A stretch of DNA of 64,000 nt from Methanobacteriota archaeon (GCA_002728565.1 PBUX01000064.1:29529-93528), one strand, 5' to 3'; positions 31,101-41,205 are shown, numbered from the stretch's first letter. Numbers and translations are program-made. The notes: generated by a model not told the origin, from the sequence alone.

Positions 31101-32693
31101 CTAGAAGATGGTTGCCGGCATAGTTAAAAGTTGGGCGTAAAGATCGATTGCGTACCAAAGGTTCGCGATGCGCAGATTTTCGTCCGGAGCGTGTTGATTG
31201 TTATCATGATTCGCGACGGGGACGATGATTGCAGGCTTTTGTAGGATCTCTGTAAAGGGTGTAAGGGGCAGCGTTCCACCCATCCCTGGTGCGACCACTA
31301 GTGAGCCCTCTCCAAAGGCCAGGTTGGCGGCTGAACTCGCTGCTGCCATCACACTCTGGGCGAAGGGGTTCGACATTGAAGTACGGGCTGCTCTGGAGCC
31401 ACCACCACCGGTGACTTTTGCGATCAATGGGTAGCTGCGACGTGTCTCCATATTTGGATCTTCTGAGACAACATGAAACCCTTCGCGCTGGATATGGTCC
31501 ACGATTAGCTGTCGGAGGTGCGCTGGGTCGTTGCCCTTCACAAGTCGAATCCCCAAAGCAGCGACTGCGGTATTTGGGATCACATTGCGGGCGAGAGCGC
31601 CTGTATTACCACTTGTGATTCCTCGAATATTCAAGGCAGGCACCATTAGTCGCTCAGGTAGGGACTCTGGCTCTCCTTCAGAGCGAACAATCCCGAGTTC
31701 ACTCTTCAGCTGCTCATCCCATGCAGGCATCTCTGCTAGCGCGGCGCGCTCTTCTTCTCCAATTGGGTCAGCTGTGTCATACCAACCGTCCACCAGTACA
31801 CGTCCAGCTTCGTCCTTCATAGACACTAAGAGCCGAGAGAGGATTACACCTGTATCTGGTGCCCAATTCCCATAATGCCCCGAGTGCAGGTTTCGTGCAG
31901 CTCCGTATACGGTGACTTCCATTCCCATTGACCCACGAACGCCAAATGTGATTTGCGGACGTCCACTGGGGTGTGCAGGCCCATCAAAGAACAGCCATAT
32001 ATCGATCGGATCGAGGCGGTCCTTAAATGTTTCCATATAGCGCGGGAGGTTTCGTGATCCAGCTTCTTCTTCACCATCAAAGAAGAAAATCAAGTTCGAA
32101 GTAGACTGAACGCCCTCTTCTTGGAAGGCCCTTAGTACGGGGAGTATTGCGGCTATTGGTGCCTTGTCATCTCCGGCGGATCTCGCGTAGATGCGCCAGG
32201 CAGGGTCGACTGTCTCACCCGGCTCCGGCATCGGGAGTGGTCTTCCGCCCTCTGGGATTGGGGCCGAGTAGAGTGTCGGCTCAAATGGAGGGTGCGTCCA
32301 GTTCAATGGGTCGACAGGCTGGCCATCATAGTGCACATAGATCCCTAACGTACGAGTCGCACCTGGGACATTAAGTTCCCCGTAGACAATTGGTGGAACG
32401 CCTTCAAGTTGAAGGAGTTCGGAGTCAACGCCGACGGCGAGAAGTTCGTCGCGGATATACTCCGCCGCTCGGGTGATGTCGTCTAAGTCCCGGGCTCGGT
32501 TGGGATAGCTCAGCAACTCCGCAAAATCTCTGAGAATTTCAACTTCATGTGCCTCCCGGTACTCGCGTGCTACCTCAGCTCCTGATTGTGCAGAGATAGA
32601 AGAAATAGGGATTGTACAGTAGAGCGCTATAAGCAGGAGCATCTTAATTCGGCTAATCCTAGCCAAGTGTATCGCCGTGGTATCCCTCTGCAT
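31101..32693 (-). CDS. Secreted M20 family peptidase (dipeptidase-like)
   Basis: Signal peptide and M20 dimetal-site motifs. An alternative start at the internal 'MLLLIAL' is possible. Confidence 0.8.
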   Translation of the reverse strand: MQRDTTAIHLARISRIKMLLLIALYCTIPISSISAQSGAEVAREYREAHEVEILRDFAELLSYPNRARDLDDITRAAEYIRDELLAVGVDSELLQLEGVPPIVYGELNVPGATRTLGIYVHYDGQPVDPLNWTHPPFEPTLYSAPIPEGGRPLPMPEPGETVDPAWRIYARSAGDDKAPIAAILPVLRAFQEEGVQSTSNLIFFFDGEEEAGSRNLPRYMETFKDRLDPIDIWLFFDGPAHPSGRPQITFGVRGSMGMEVTVYGAARNLHSGHYGNWAPDTGVILSRLLVSMKDEAGRVLVDGWYDTADPIGEEERAALAEMPAWDEQLKSELGIVRSEGEPESLPERLMVPALNIRGITSGNTGALARNVIPNTAVAALGIRLVKGNDPAHLRQLIVDHIQREGFHVVSEDPNMETRRSYPLIAKVTGGGGSRAARTSMSNPFAQSVMAAASSAANLAFGEGSLVVAPGMGGTLPLTPFTEILQKPAIIVPVANHDNNQHAPDENLRIANLWYAIDLYAQLLTMPATIF

Positions 32694-32768
32694 TTCTAGA
32701 TCATCCTCTTCGAGTCGGTCAGTATACTGGTTGTTTCGTTATTGATAGATTCTTCGCATTCCGAGTGA

Positions 32769-35519
32769 CTAACGGTCCTCGGTTGCTGTCCGTGGGCTGT
32801 TCTTCAACAGTGCATTGAAGAGGAGCTTGTAAGTACCGTGGGTTTGACCTCGGTGCTGGACTCGAAAGCCGTACATTAAGATGTGACCGTTTCCGTATTC
32901 CACATCTAAGATTGCGCCTTTTCCGGCAAGGTTTTCCGCCCCGACGATTACCCCGCTCATCAAGAGTTGCTCAGGGTCTTCAGCCCAACTGCCCACTGCC
33001 TGAACCTGGCCCGCCTCACCACCGAAGTCGGTCGGTTCGTATGCCCGCCCACCAGCCCACTTGGCTGCGACCTCGCTGGGGCTTCCGGCTGTAAGCGGGT
33101 GGTCTTCATCAAGTTCTACTTTTAGCAGCGATGCCGGAAGAAAGAGGTCTGATCTGCTGATGTCTTCGAGTGCGTTTCTCACCGGAACATCGAAGTGCTC
33201 GATGACAAGCGCATCCGCTGCCTCGAACGTGACAAGTGTCCCCCCATTGCGCACGAATTCTTTCAGGTTTTCGACGCCCTCTTCTCCTATACCACCTCTG
33301 AAACCGGGAGGGGCATCCTCGTCACTTGCACCTTCAATAAGTCTGTTCAGTGGAATTTCAGAGGGAATGATGATTACGTCGAGCCTCTCAGAAAGGCCTC
33401 CCTCTCGCACATCATCATTCATGAGTGTTTCGAAGTTGTAGTCAAAATCTTCAAGTACGAGGCGGGTCCATCCCTCATCCATTGAGGCAGCCCAGCCCTG
33501 GTAGATTCCGATACGTGCAGCCTGCTGTTCTGCGGACATGGCAAGAGTCGGTGGGTCCGCGATAACAGTGACACCGATCTCGTTAGAGATCTCTGTCAGA
33601 AGGGCTCTGGATTGTGGTTCTGAGGCGGATACAATGAAGAGGGGGCCTTCCTCTGATACAGCCTTAAAGACTGAAAGCCCAGCTTCGAGCATGCGGTTCA
33701 CTGCTTGGTAGGCGCGAGTGACTTCAGCACTGATCGCGTACCAATCGTTTGCCGAAGGTACCGGGGGAGCAACGACTCTGGCGGAAGTTGCCAGTCGAGT
33801 GTCAGCCTCGAAGGGATTGTCCGTGCGTGTGATCTCGACACCCATCTGCATTGGCATCGTGTACCCCGCTCCATCGTATGAGCGCATGAATGGCCCTCCT
33901 GGCCACTCGTGCTGGACCCTGCGTCGACGTGGCTCTAATAAATCGAGTACCGCAGCTCTTCCAGGTTGTGCTCCATACACGATCCAGGAATCTGGAGCAA
34001 AGTTACGTAGTTCTTCTTGCGGGCTGGTATCCTCGGCAGCCTCTTCATCCTCGTCAGGTACATCATCCCCCTCTGCGCTGTCCTCCGTGGCGTCTTCATC
34101 TTCACTAACGTCATCCTGCCCTGGGGACGACCAAAGGCCATTAGCGATGATGGCCTCAAATGCTCCGACAGACTCGTGAACTTCGACACCCTGCAGGATG
34201 AGTTTGTCTACCATCTCAGCTGCGGCAATTGGGTCGGATTGATTCCGCGGGATCAGGTACGCATGCGGTCCTTCTATTTCCGCTTTTGCGATTGTTTCGG
34301 ATCCCATCTGCCATCGGCCCATGATATAGTGCTGGCTGAATTTTGCTGTCTGCTCTAATACGCTATTGGCCGCAATTATTTGATAGTCAACGATGTCTCC
34401 AAGCGTCCACTCTCCACCCCACCATGGATCGACGAATGCGATTTGGAATCCATACTCACTAAGCCCTCGGCCTGGTGCAGCACCCCTCTCAAGTGCTTCA
34501 AGGGCCACTGTATCCGGGCTTGCGATGCGTGCACTAGCCGTCTCTGTGAGAATGCCGACGATATTGTGATACCGGCCAGTGAGCGCACCCTCTTGTCCCC
34601 AAATTCGGTACATCGAACCTGTTACAACCCCTTGTTTGCCAGCTGCCTGCAGGTCCGCAACCATCCCTCCACCCATAAAGCGAAGCTGCTGCCACTGCAG
34701 CGGGTGAATATCAGGGTTCATCGGGTCAGGGTAGGGAGGCACAAAGATTCTGGGTCCACTGCTACCCATCTGATGTTGGTCAAGATAGATCTGCGGGTGA
34801 GTCGTATGGTACATCAAATCCATCCAATACCGTGTTTCAATCAGATTGGCCTGGAAGAAGTCCCTGTTGTTGTCATGGCCCGCATAGTAATGGTAAAGCC
34901 ACGGCATGCGGGCACGCTCGAAGTCAGTGCCCACATTACGCTCATACCAGTCTGTAACCAGGATTTGGCCATCCGGATTCGCAGAAGGGACGAGCACTGT
35001 AACAACGTTATCAAGGATTTGACTTGTTAAATCATCTTCCGCAGTCGCAAGGTGATATACGAGCTCGATGCTTGTCTGTGACGAGCCGATCTCAGTCGAG
35101 TGGATATTGTGATTGATGAACACTGTCGCGGGGATCGTCGCAGCGATCCTTTCAGCCTCTTCTCTATCGATTCTTCCATCAGCAATGCGTTTAGATGCTT
35201 CACGGATTTCATCTAGCCGGGCGAGGTTCGTGGGCGAGCTGATCGTAATTGAGACAAACGGGTTGCCGAGTGTCGTTGGGCCTGCAGTATCTACCTGAAT
35301 ACGATCTGACCCGTCGGCTATTAGAGTGAAGTAATCGAGAATACCATCCCAACGCGCGAGTTTCTTGTCAGTGCCTATCACAAATCCAAAATGTTCTTCC
35401 GGAGTTGGAATCTGCTGTGCTCCCAGCCCCTGTAGGCTGGGAAGGAGGACCAAGAGAAAACGTGCTAGACAAAGTGTTCTACTAATACTCACTGGGACCT
35501 CCCGAGGCCTTACAGTCAT
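32769..35519 (-). CDS. Secreted M14 family zinc carboxypeptidase (large paralog with acidic insertion)
   Basis: N-terminal region collinear with the 51612-53903 product ('…PTPEEHFGF.IG…KLARWDG…'). Contains an E/D-rich insert (EDEDATEDSAEGDDVPDEDEEAAED). Confidence 0.8.
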   Translation of the reverse strand: MTVRPREVPVSISRTLCLARFLLVLLPSLQGLGAQQIPTPEEHFGFVIGTDKKLARWDGILDYFTLIADGSDRIQVDTAGPTTLGNPFVSITISSPTNLARLDEIREASKRIADGRIDREEAERIAATIPATVFINHNIHSTEIGSSQTSIELVYHLATAEDDLTSQILDNVVTVLVPSANPDGQILVTDWYERNVGTDFERARMPWLYHYYAGHDNNRDFFQANLIETRYWMDLMYHTTHPQIYLDQHQMGSSGPRIFVPPYPDPMNPDIHPLQWQQLRFMGGGMVADLQAAGKQGVVTGSMYRIWGQEGALTGRYHNIVGILTETASARIASPDTVALEALERGAAPGRGLSEYGFQIAFVDPWWGGEWTLGDIVDYQIIAANSVLEQTAKFSQHYIMGRWQMGSETIAKAEIEGPHAYLIPRNQSDPIAAAEMVDKLILQGVEVHESVGAFEAIIANGLWSSPGQDDVSEDEDATEDSAEGDDVPDEDEEAAEDTSPQEELRNFAPDSWIVYGAQPGRAAVLDLLEPRRRRVQHEWPGGPFMRSYDGAGYTMPMQMGVEITRTDNPFEADTRLATSARVVAPPVPSANDWYAISAEVTRAYQAVNRMLEAGLSVFKAVSEEGPLFIVSASEPQSRALLTEISNEIGVTVIADPPTLAMSAEQQAARIGIYQGWAASMDEGWTRLVLEDFDYNFETLMNDDVREGGLSERLDVIIIPSEIPLNRLIEGASDEDAPPGFRGGIGEEGVENLKEFVRNGGTLVTFEAADALVIEHFDVPVRNALEDISRSDLFLPASLLKVELDEDHPLTAGSPSEVAAKWAGGRAYEPTDFGGEAGQVQAVGSWAEDPEQLLMSGVIVGAENLAGKGAILDVEYGNGHILMYGFRVQHRGQTHGTYKLLFNALLKNSPRTATEDR

Positions 35520-35678
35520 TATGCCGATAGCCGGCGAATGTACAGGGCAGATACCGGAGTGGTCGAGTCCCCATAGGATGAACGAGAAATGTGCCGGGTT
35601 ATGAATACTCGTAGGTGAGTCAGGTCATCTACCAACGGGTAGCCAGCGAAGGTATAGTTCCAGTTCAAATAATCTGTC

Positions 35679-35751
35679 GGGGCCATAGCTCAGTTGGGAG
35701 AGCGCCTGCTTTGCAAGCAGGAGGTCGGCGGTTCGATTCCGCCTGGCTCCA
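35679..35751 (+). tRNA. tRNA-Ala (anticodon UGC)
   Basis: 73-nt cloverleaf with GGGGCCA acceptor stem and a G3:U70 wobble (the Ala identity element). Anticodon loop is CUUUGCAAG and the T-arm reads GGTTCGATTCC. No CCA is encoded. Confidence 0.9.
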
Positions 35752-35764
35752 CTTCAGTAAGATG

Positions 35765-35798
35765 AAGCCCTGTAAGCACTTACACGCTTACAGGGCTT
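35765..35798 (+). terminator. Perfect 13-bp stem-loop directly downstream of tRNA-Ala
   Basis: AAGCCCTGTAAGC-acttacac-GCTTACAGGGCTT. The 3' U-tract is weak. Confidence 0.4.
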
Positions 35799-36009
35799 CT
35801 TAGTCAAAGGTGCCTTCTCTTCTTAGGTCTCCCATGAGTCTCCCATAGGACGGGTTTCGGGGGGGTGAAAAGAGTATCTGTCGATGCCCCCCGTTTTCGC
35901 CAACAGGGGGCGGTACTAGTGCGACTCCGCACACATCGCCGCCACTGGAACGCCGTTTCCTGAAAAAATCTTGGTGGGTTGCTGCTGGTTTTGGGCACCG
36001 GGCGCCATG

Positions 36010-36234
36010 TTAAGCCTTGTACTGGAAAACCTTTTCGAACGGCACGCTGAAGACATCAGCGATCTTGAAGGCGAGTTCGAGGCTGGGAGAGTACTTGGCA
36101 GCTTCAATTGCGATGATCGTCTGACGTGTGACTCCAACGTGCTCGGCCAGAGTCTGCTGGGTCATTTCGTTCGCATCGAAACGTAATCTCCGCATGTTGT
36201 TCTTAATGGACGTCGGTGCCATGTCAAAAACCAC
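36010..36234 (-). CDS. XRE/Cro-type HTH transcriptional regulator (YozG-like)
   Basis: '…[22 protein letters not shown]…' HTH region. The start is ambiguous (alternatives at 36222 and 36195). Confidence 0.7.
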   Translation of the reverse strand: MVFDMAPTSIKNNMRRLRFDANEMTQQTLAEHVGVTRQTIIAIEAAKYSPSLELAFKIADVFSVPFEKVFQYKA

Positions 36235-36670
36235 GTCTGTAATAAAACAGCCGAGTAACCGTCACCGTCACTTCAGCGATAACGAAGAGCAAGAGCAATA
36301 CGACGGGAACTAAGGCTTCTGGGAGAGGACTTTGTATTGCATCTAACCACACCCACCAACTGGGTATGGTCGTGTGACCAATCCAAATCCATATACCAAC
36401 CGACAAGCAAACATACCCGTTGCGAAAGGATATACGTTCGATCAACAGATCTCTTTCGTCGTCTCCTTGAGAACTACTTAGAGATGCGAGCAAACTCTGG
36501 ACGATGATTTCTAGAATAATGACCGAGATCACAACGTTGATGAGGCTTGTGCTAATGTTAGCTATCGGCTCGTCGGCAAGTGCAAGTTCTAGGGTATTGA
36601 GAAAGAAATTACCGAAGACCAGTAGGGTAATAACCAGTGATGCCAGAAGGCTCTTTTCCGTGGTTGACAT
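36224..36670 (-). CDS. DUF2975-like small membrane protein (typical upstream partner of YozG-like regulators)
   Basis: Four TM helices. Start taken at the internal ATG (MSTTEK…). The ORF extends upstream to 36841. Confidence 0.5.
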   Translation of the reverse strand: MSTTEKSLLASLVITLLVFGNFFLNTLELALADEPIANISTSLINVVISVIILEIIVQSLLASLSSSQGDDERDLLIERISFRNGYVCLSVGIWIWIGHTTIPSWWVWLDAIQSPLPEALVPVVLLLLFVIAEVTVTVTRLFYYRRGF

Positions 36671-36779
36671 GTTTGTGTGCCCATATCTGCGGAGTGAGCC
36701 GTAATGTATGATATCTCTTACACAACGTAAACTATTCTTTACATTCAAGGGGTCGCTGGCTCGAGTCCTGAAGCGCCCA

Positions 36780-37211
36780 CTAGGAAGAAGGCTCGTCCGC
36801 CTTTCGAGCAATGACCAAGCTGGTCGATCCAGCGATAGCACCCAACAAGGGCAAAAAGACTAGAGCTTCGGTTACGCCAGTAAACTCGTTGCCTGCGAGC
36901 TTCGTTCCGCTTATCAGAAGTATTGCTAGCAAGAAGCCACCCAGCGCCCCCATGATCGCCACCCGAGAGATGGAGAGTTTTTCGAACACAAAACGACTCC
37001 CGGTTGCAGCCAACACCGCCGAGAATGTTACACCAATACCAAAACCCCACACTGTACCGGCGAGTATCGCGAAAAAAGGATCTTCCTCTTCAAGTCGTCC
37101 AAGGGCGGCGGCGGCGGCGGTCAAGATGGCAAAAAGAAAGAATCCCGCTGTGGCAAAAATTACCCCCAGGCCAAGAACCCCTCGCGCTACCCTTTTCCAT
37201 CCAGACACCAA
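36780..37211 (-). CDS. Hypothetical four-TM membrane protein
   Basis: Clear hydrophobic helices. Contains a (GGC)6 tract encoding poly-Ala. An overlapping plus-strand ORF is low-complexity and was rejected. Confidence 0.45.
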   Translation of the reverse strand: MVSGWKRVARGVLGLGVIFATAGFFLFAILTAAAAALGRLEEEDPFFAILAGTVWGFGIGVTFSAVLAATGSRFVFEKLSISRVAIMGALGGFLLAILLISGTKLAGNEFTGVTEALVFLPLLGAIAGSTSLVIARKADEPSS

Positions 37212-37326
37212 GGCCCCCTTCCTCTTAGGTCAGCAACCCCCTCAGGCTGGTAAGTGATGGATTGTTCGGGCAGAGGTCAATCTCCCAAACGGCTTGATGC
37301 CTTGCTGTCAGTCACCATCTTTCGAT

Positions 37327-37761
37327 ATGGGTATCAACCAAGAAAAAGAAGTTCCAGTATCACTCACGAGGCTCACAGTCCGCACCTCTGAGCTGGATTC
37401 TTTTGGGCACGTCAACCACGCGGTGTACCTCTCCTACCTCGAACATGCGCGCTTCGAGGCACTTAGAGAGGCCGGGTTTGACTGGGCCGTTCTCGATGAT
37501 CGAGGCTGGGCAATCTTTGTGGTTCGAATCGAAATAGACTATGTAGCAGAGGCGAAAAGGGAGGACGACCTGCTTGTCCGTACTTGGGCCGAGTCGTTTC
37601 GCAGAACCAGCATGACCCTTTGTCAGGAGATAGCCCTCGACAACAATCCTGCCGCCATCATCGCTCGCGCTAACGTTACCGCCGTTTGGATAGGCCCTGA
37701 CCGAAAACCAATCCGAGTTCCAGACGAAGTGCGTGAAAGGCTAACTGGTGAAGTCCGTTAA
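37327..37761 (+). CDS. Hotdog-fold acyl-CoA thioesterase (YbgC/4HBT-like)
   Basis: '…SELDSFGHVNHAVYLSYLEHAR…' motif. Start set at the second ATG. Confidence 0.75.
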   Translation: MGINQEKEVPVSLTRLTVRTSELDSFGHVNHAVYLSYLEHARFEALREAGFDWAVLDDRGWAIFVVRIEIDYVAEAKREDDLLVRTWAESFRRTSMTLCQEIALDNNPAAIIARANVTAVWIGPDRKPIRVPDEVRERLTGEVR

Positions 37762-37800
37762 CTTGTCATCTACTAAACGCTCAGCCTACACAGCACCGCT

Positions 37801-38361
37801 ATGACCACCAAAGACGAACTTCGAAAACTCCTTATCGAACGCTCCGTCCGCCTTGGTGATTTTACCCTGGCCAGTGGAGCGAAGTCTGACTACTACATTG
37901 ATGCCCGTCGGACTACGATGTCAGCGGAAGGGCAGAGGCTCGTAGGCAGGGTCGCTTATGCGGCAATTCAAGACCATGGTCTTGATCCGACTCATGTGGG
38001 CGGCCTGACTATGGGGGCAGATCCTATCGCTTACGCGATTGCGCATGTAAGCGCCCTAGAGGGTTGGATCATCGATGGTTTTTCCGTCCGAAAAAGCGCC
38101 AAAGACCACGGAACTGGGCAACGTATAGAGGGCGGGCTCCCAAAAGATGCTCGGGCGCTTATGGTAGAGGATACAATGACAACAGGACTGAGCACGTTAA
38201 AAGCCATCGATGTTGTTCGAGCCCATGGCGCTGAGGTTTTGGGGGTTATCACCCTAGTGAACCGGTCCGAAGATGCCGCAGCCCTCTACAATGCTCAGGG
38301 GTTACCACTCATCTCGTTGTACACAGGAAAAGAGCTTTTAGAGGCGGCTCAGTCGAGTTAA
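37801..38361 (+). CDS. pyrE: Orotate phosphoribosyltransferase
   Basis: Type I PRTase fold with PRPP-binding 'LMVEDTMTTG'. Confidence 0.9.
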   Translation: MTTKDELRKLLIERSVRLGDFTLASGAKSDYYIDARRTTMSAEGQRLVGRVAYAAIQDHGLDPTHVGGLTMGADPIAYAIAHVSALEGWIIDGFSVRKSAKDHGTGQRIEGGLPKDARALMVEDTMTTGLSTLKAIDVVRAHGAEVLGVITLVNRSEDAAALYNAQGLPLISLYTGKELLEAAQSS

Positions 38362-39464
38362 TCAATCAACCTGAGTGGCATCACTAGGCATAAGTAATCC
38401 GCCGCGTCCTCTCCTGCCGGTTCTATTGTCGCCGCCCTCTCTGGTGCCCTAAAGGCCAACTTCACTTCTTCTGAGGGTATGTGACGGAGAACCTCCAGTA
38501 AGTAGTTGGCGTTGAAGCCGATCTCTAATTCCTCTCCTTCATATCCAACCTCCATCTCATCATGTCCCTCTCCTAGGTCGGGGGTTAGGACACTGAGATG
38601 AACCCGGCCGGGTTCGAAACGCATACGAATCCGGTGGGTCTGGTCTGAGGCAACAACTGCCATTCTGCGGACAGCCGAAGCAAGAGCTTTTTTCTCTATA
38701 AAGGCCAGCTTGTCATTGTCTTTGGGTATAACCTGCTCGTAATTCGGATACGAGCCCTCGATGAGGCGCGTGTATATCTCAGTATTGTCGGCCCTAAACC
38801 CTAGGTGGTTTCCACTACGTGCCACCTCAAGTTGATCCTCATCCTGAAACAACCGTTGCACTTGAGTTAACGCTGCTGGTGGGACTATAAAATCTGCGGA
38901 AGTCGTTCCTGTAGCTTCAACCTTGACACTCATGCGTGCCAGTCTGTGTCCATTAGTCGCCACCATTTTCATCTCACCATCTCTCAGTTCCCACAGAACA
39001 CCGTTCAAGATAGGCCTGCTTTCTTCGGTGGATACAGCAAAAGATGTATGGTGAATCAGTGCATTGAGGTCTTTTCCAGTTACGGAAATACCCTCTGAGA
39101 AATCGACCTCTGCTAGGGTTGGAAACTCATCTGCCGGCAAGCCATTTAATTTGAATTGACTTGCTCCGCATATCAGTTCGATCTGATCTCCGCGGGTTGT
39201 AATTTCGACCGGTTGATCTGGTAACTCTCGAGTGATCTCTTGAAGTTTTTTACCTGGTGCCGTAAGGCTGCCGGGTGTCTTTACGTCAGCGAGAACTTTG
39301 ACTCGCACAGCAACATCTAAGTCTGTACCACTCATCCATACGCCATCCTCAGAAGCCTCAAAGAGGATGTTCGATAGAACTGGAAGAGTAGTCTTCGATG
39401 GAATGCTAGCTGAGACCGCAGCAAGACCTTTGTGAAGGTTTTGCCGAGTGATGGTGAAATTCAT
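38358..39464 (-). CDS. dnaN: DNA polymerase III beta sliding clamp
   Basis: 368 aa with a three-domain clamp signature. Convergent with pyrE and downstream of dnaA. Confidence 0.95.
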   Translation of the reverse strand: MNFTITRQNLHKGLAAVSASIPSKTTLPVLSNILFEASEDGVWMSGTDLDVAVRVKVLADVKTPGSLTAPGKKLQEITRELPDQPVEITTRGDQIELICGASQFKLNGLPADEFPTLAEVDFSEGISVTGKDLNALIHHTSFAVSTEESRPILNGVLWELRDGEMKMVATNGHRLARMSVKVEATGTTSADFIVPPAALTQVQRLFQDEDQLEVARSGNHLGFRADNTEIYTRLIEGSYPNYEQVIPKDNDKLAFIEKKALASAVRRMAVVASDQTHRIRMRFEPGRVHLSVLTPDLGEGHDEMEVGYEGEELEIGFNANYLLEVLRHIPSEEVKLAFRAPERAATIEPAGEDAADYLCLVMPLRLID

Positions 39465-39545
39465 CGGGATGATGCTCCTGATGGTCTTTGCCGTGCGACC
39501 TTAAGGTCAACAAGATTTCTCACATAACCTAGATACTATCTCTTA

Positions 39546-39770
39546 TTACTTACAAAAAACATAGCCGTAGTAGGTGTTGTGGTTTTGTGGAATCTTGTAC
39601 CCAATAAGACTCCGTTTCCTTATGCCCTGTCTGTAAAAACGATCTATTTCGCTCCGATAAACTTTTGGTGGAAAAATGTTTAAAGTTCTCAAGTGGTAGA
39701 AATTTCTGTTTTTTGACCGTGGAAAAACGAGGGGTTTTCCACACTTGTTCACATTAGCCGTGGAAAACTC
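39546..39770. other. Putative oriC: AT-rich dnaA-dnaN intergenic region with at least five DnaA-box-like 9-mers
   Basis: TTTTCCACA (39735-39743), CGTGGAAAA (39718-39726 and 39759-39767), TGGTGGAAAAA (39666-39676), TTGTGGAAT (39585-39593), together with A/T tracts that could serve as DNA-unwinding elements. Confidence 0.5.
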
Positions 39771-41205
39771 TAGCATGGTCTGTTTTTAGTTCCGCAATTA
39801 CCTCCTCGACCCGGTCCCGGAAGGCCTCGTCGCCATCCATCCTAGATGCCACCTTTCGAATCGAATACAAAACAGTGGAGTGGTCTCGTCCTCCGTAAAG
39901 CATCCCGATACCCTGAAGCGGGGTCCCGAGTAGCTCGCGTACCACGTACATCGCTACGTGACGAGCCTCGGCTATGTTTTTAGACCGTGACTTCGAAGAG
40001 AGGGCTTCGGGGCGCACACGCCACTGACTGGCAACGAGCTGGGTGATTCGATCTGGAGAAGCAACCGGCCCTCTTTGTCTCCTCTCCAGCCTTCTGAGAG
40101 CCAGAACGCGCTTAGCAAAAGAAAGGGTTATCTCTTCGTTCCATACCGAGGAAACAGCGAGAAGCTTAAGGACCGCACCCTCTAGCTCTCTAACTGAAGA
40201 CGAACAGGCATGGGCAATGTAGTCGATGACGTCTCCGGCGAGATCTAACCCTTCGTCCTCCGCCTTGGTGCGCAGGATCGCCATGCGAGTCTCGTAATCA
40301 GGCGGGCGTAAATCCACCACGAGACCCCACTCAAACCGTGAGACTAGGCGCTGTTCCAAGCCCTCCATCTCACGAGGAGGCCTGTCGCTTGTGACCACTA
40401 TCTGGCCTTGGGCGTCGTACAGCGCGTTGAAGGTATGGAAGAACTCTTCTTGGGTGCTCTCCTTTCCCCTAAGAAAATGGATGTCGTCGACGAGCAGTAA
40501 GTCGATTTGCCGATAACGAGCGCGAAAACGATCCGTGGCGCCCTTGCGTATAGCCTGGATTAGTTCGTTGGTGAACTGCTCGGAGGATACATAGGCCACG
40601 CGCCGGCTTGGGTCGATCCTTAGCGATGCATGTCCGATGGCGTGCATGAGGTGTGTTTTGCCCAAGCCTACTCCACCGTAGAGGAATAGCGGGTTGTAGA
40701 GCTGGCCCGGGTTGTCCGCAACTGCGCGCCCGGCAGCATCCGCCAGCTGATTGTTGCCACCCACCACGAATCGGTCGAAGGTGTATCGACTAAAGAGGCC
40801 GGGGTCTGCCGGCGATGAAGATGGCGGACTAGCCGGGCTTGGTGCCGGGCGCCTGCTCACTGAGCCGCTTTGCAGGGTCGACCCCGCTTCTTTTCCAGCG
40901 AAGATGTCCGTAGATGGCTCGACGAGGACCGCCGGCAGGACGCCCCCTTCTTCGGAAGGACCGCTACTAACGGACAGGAGGACTTTGTAACCTAGGACGC
41001 TTGCTCCCGCTTCCTTGATCAGGTCTCCGTATTTGTCTTCCAGCCACTCTGCGTGGAAGGGGCTTTGCGTCTCGATCACAAGCGCGTCTGCCGAAACAGC
41101 GACACACCTAGCTCCAGCAATCCAGGTTTGGAAGGCGTGCTCCGGCACGAGCGCGCGGACTTGTTCAAGAATTGCCGTCCAGACGTCTTGTGTGGTCAGC
41201 TCCAT
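39754..41205 (-). CDS. dnaA: Chromosomal replication initiator protein DnaA
   Basis: AAA+ Walker A 'GGVGLGKTHL' and a C-terminal DnaA box-binding domain. Confidence 0.95.
   Translation of the reverse strand: MELTTQDVWTAILEQVRALVPEHAFQTWIAGARCVAVSADALVIETQSPFHAEWLEDKYGDLIKEAGASVLGYKVLLSVSSGPSEEGGVLPAVLVEPSTDIFAGKEAGSTLQSGSVSRRPAPSPASPPSSSPADPGLFSRYTFDRFVVGGNNQLADAAGRAVADNPGQLYNPLFLYGGVGLGKTHLMHAIGHASLRIDPSRRVAYVSSEQFTNELIQAIRKGATDRFRARYRQIDLLLVDDIHFLRGKESTQEEFFHTFNALYDAQGQIVVTSDRPPREMEGLEQRLVSRFEWGLVVDLRPPDYETRMAILRTKAEDEGLDLAGDVIDYIAHACSSSVRELEGAVLKLLAVSSVWNEEITLSFAKRVLALRRLERRQRGPVASPDRITQLVASQWRVRPEALSSKSRSKNIAEARHVAMYVVRELLGTPLQGIGMLYGGRDHSTVLYSIRKVASRMDGDEAFRDRVEEVIAELKTDHARVFHG

Noticed and set aside
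35679-36010. Genomic island or prophage remnant at tRNA-Ala
   Set aside because: No integrase, recombinase or att direct repeat is visible in the window.
36811-37257. 148-aa plus-strand ORF overlapping the four-TM minus-strand ORF
   Set aside because: Its translation is low-complexity (poly-A/S/P/K) with no recognisable features, whereas the minus-strand frame encodes clean TM helices.
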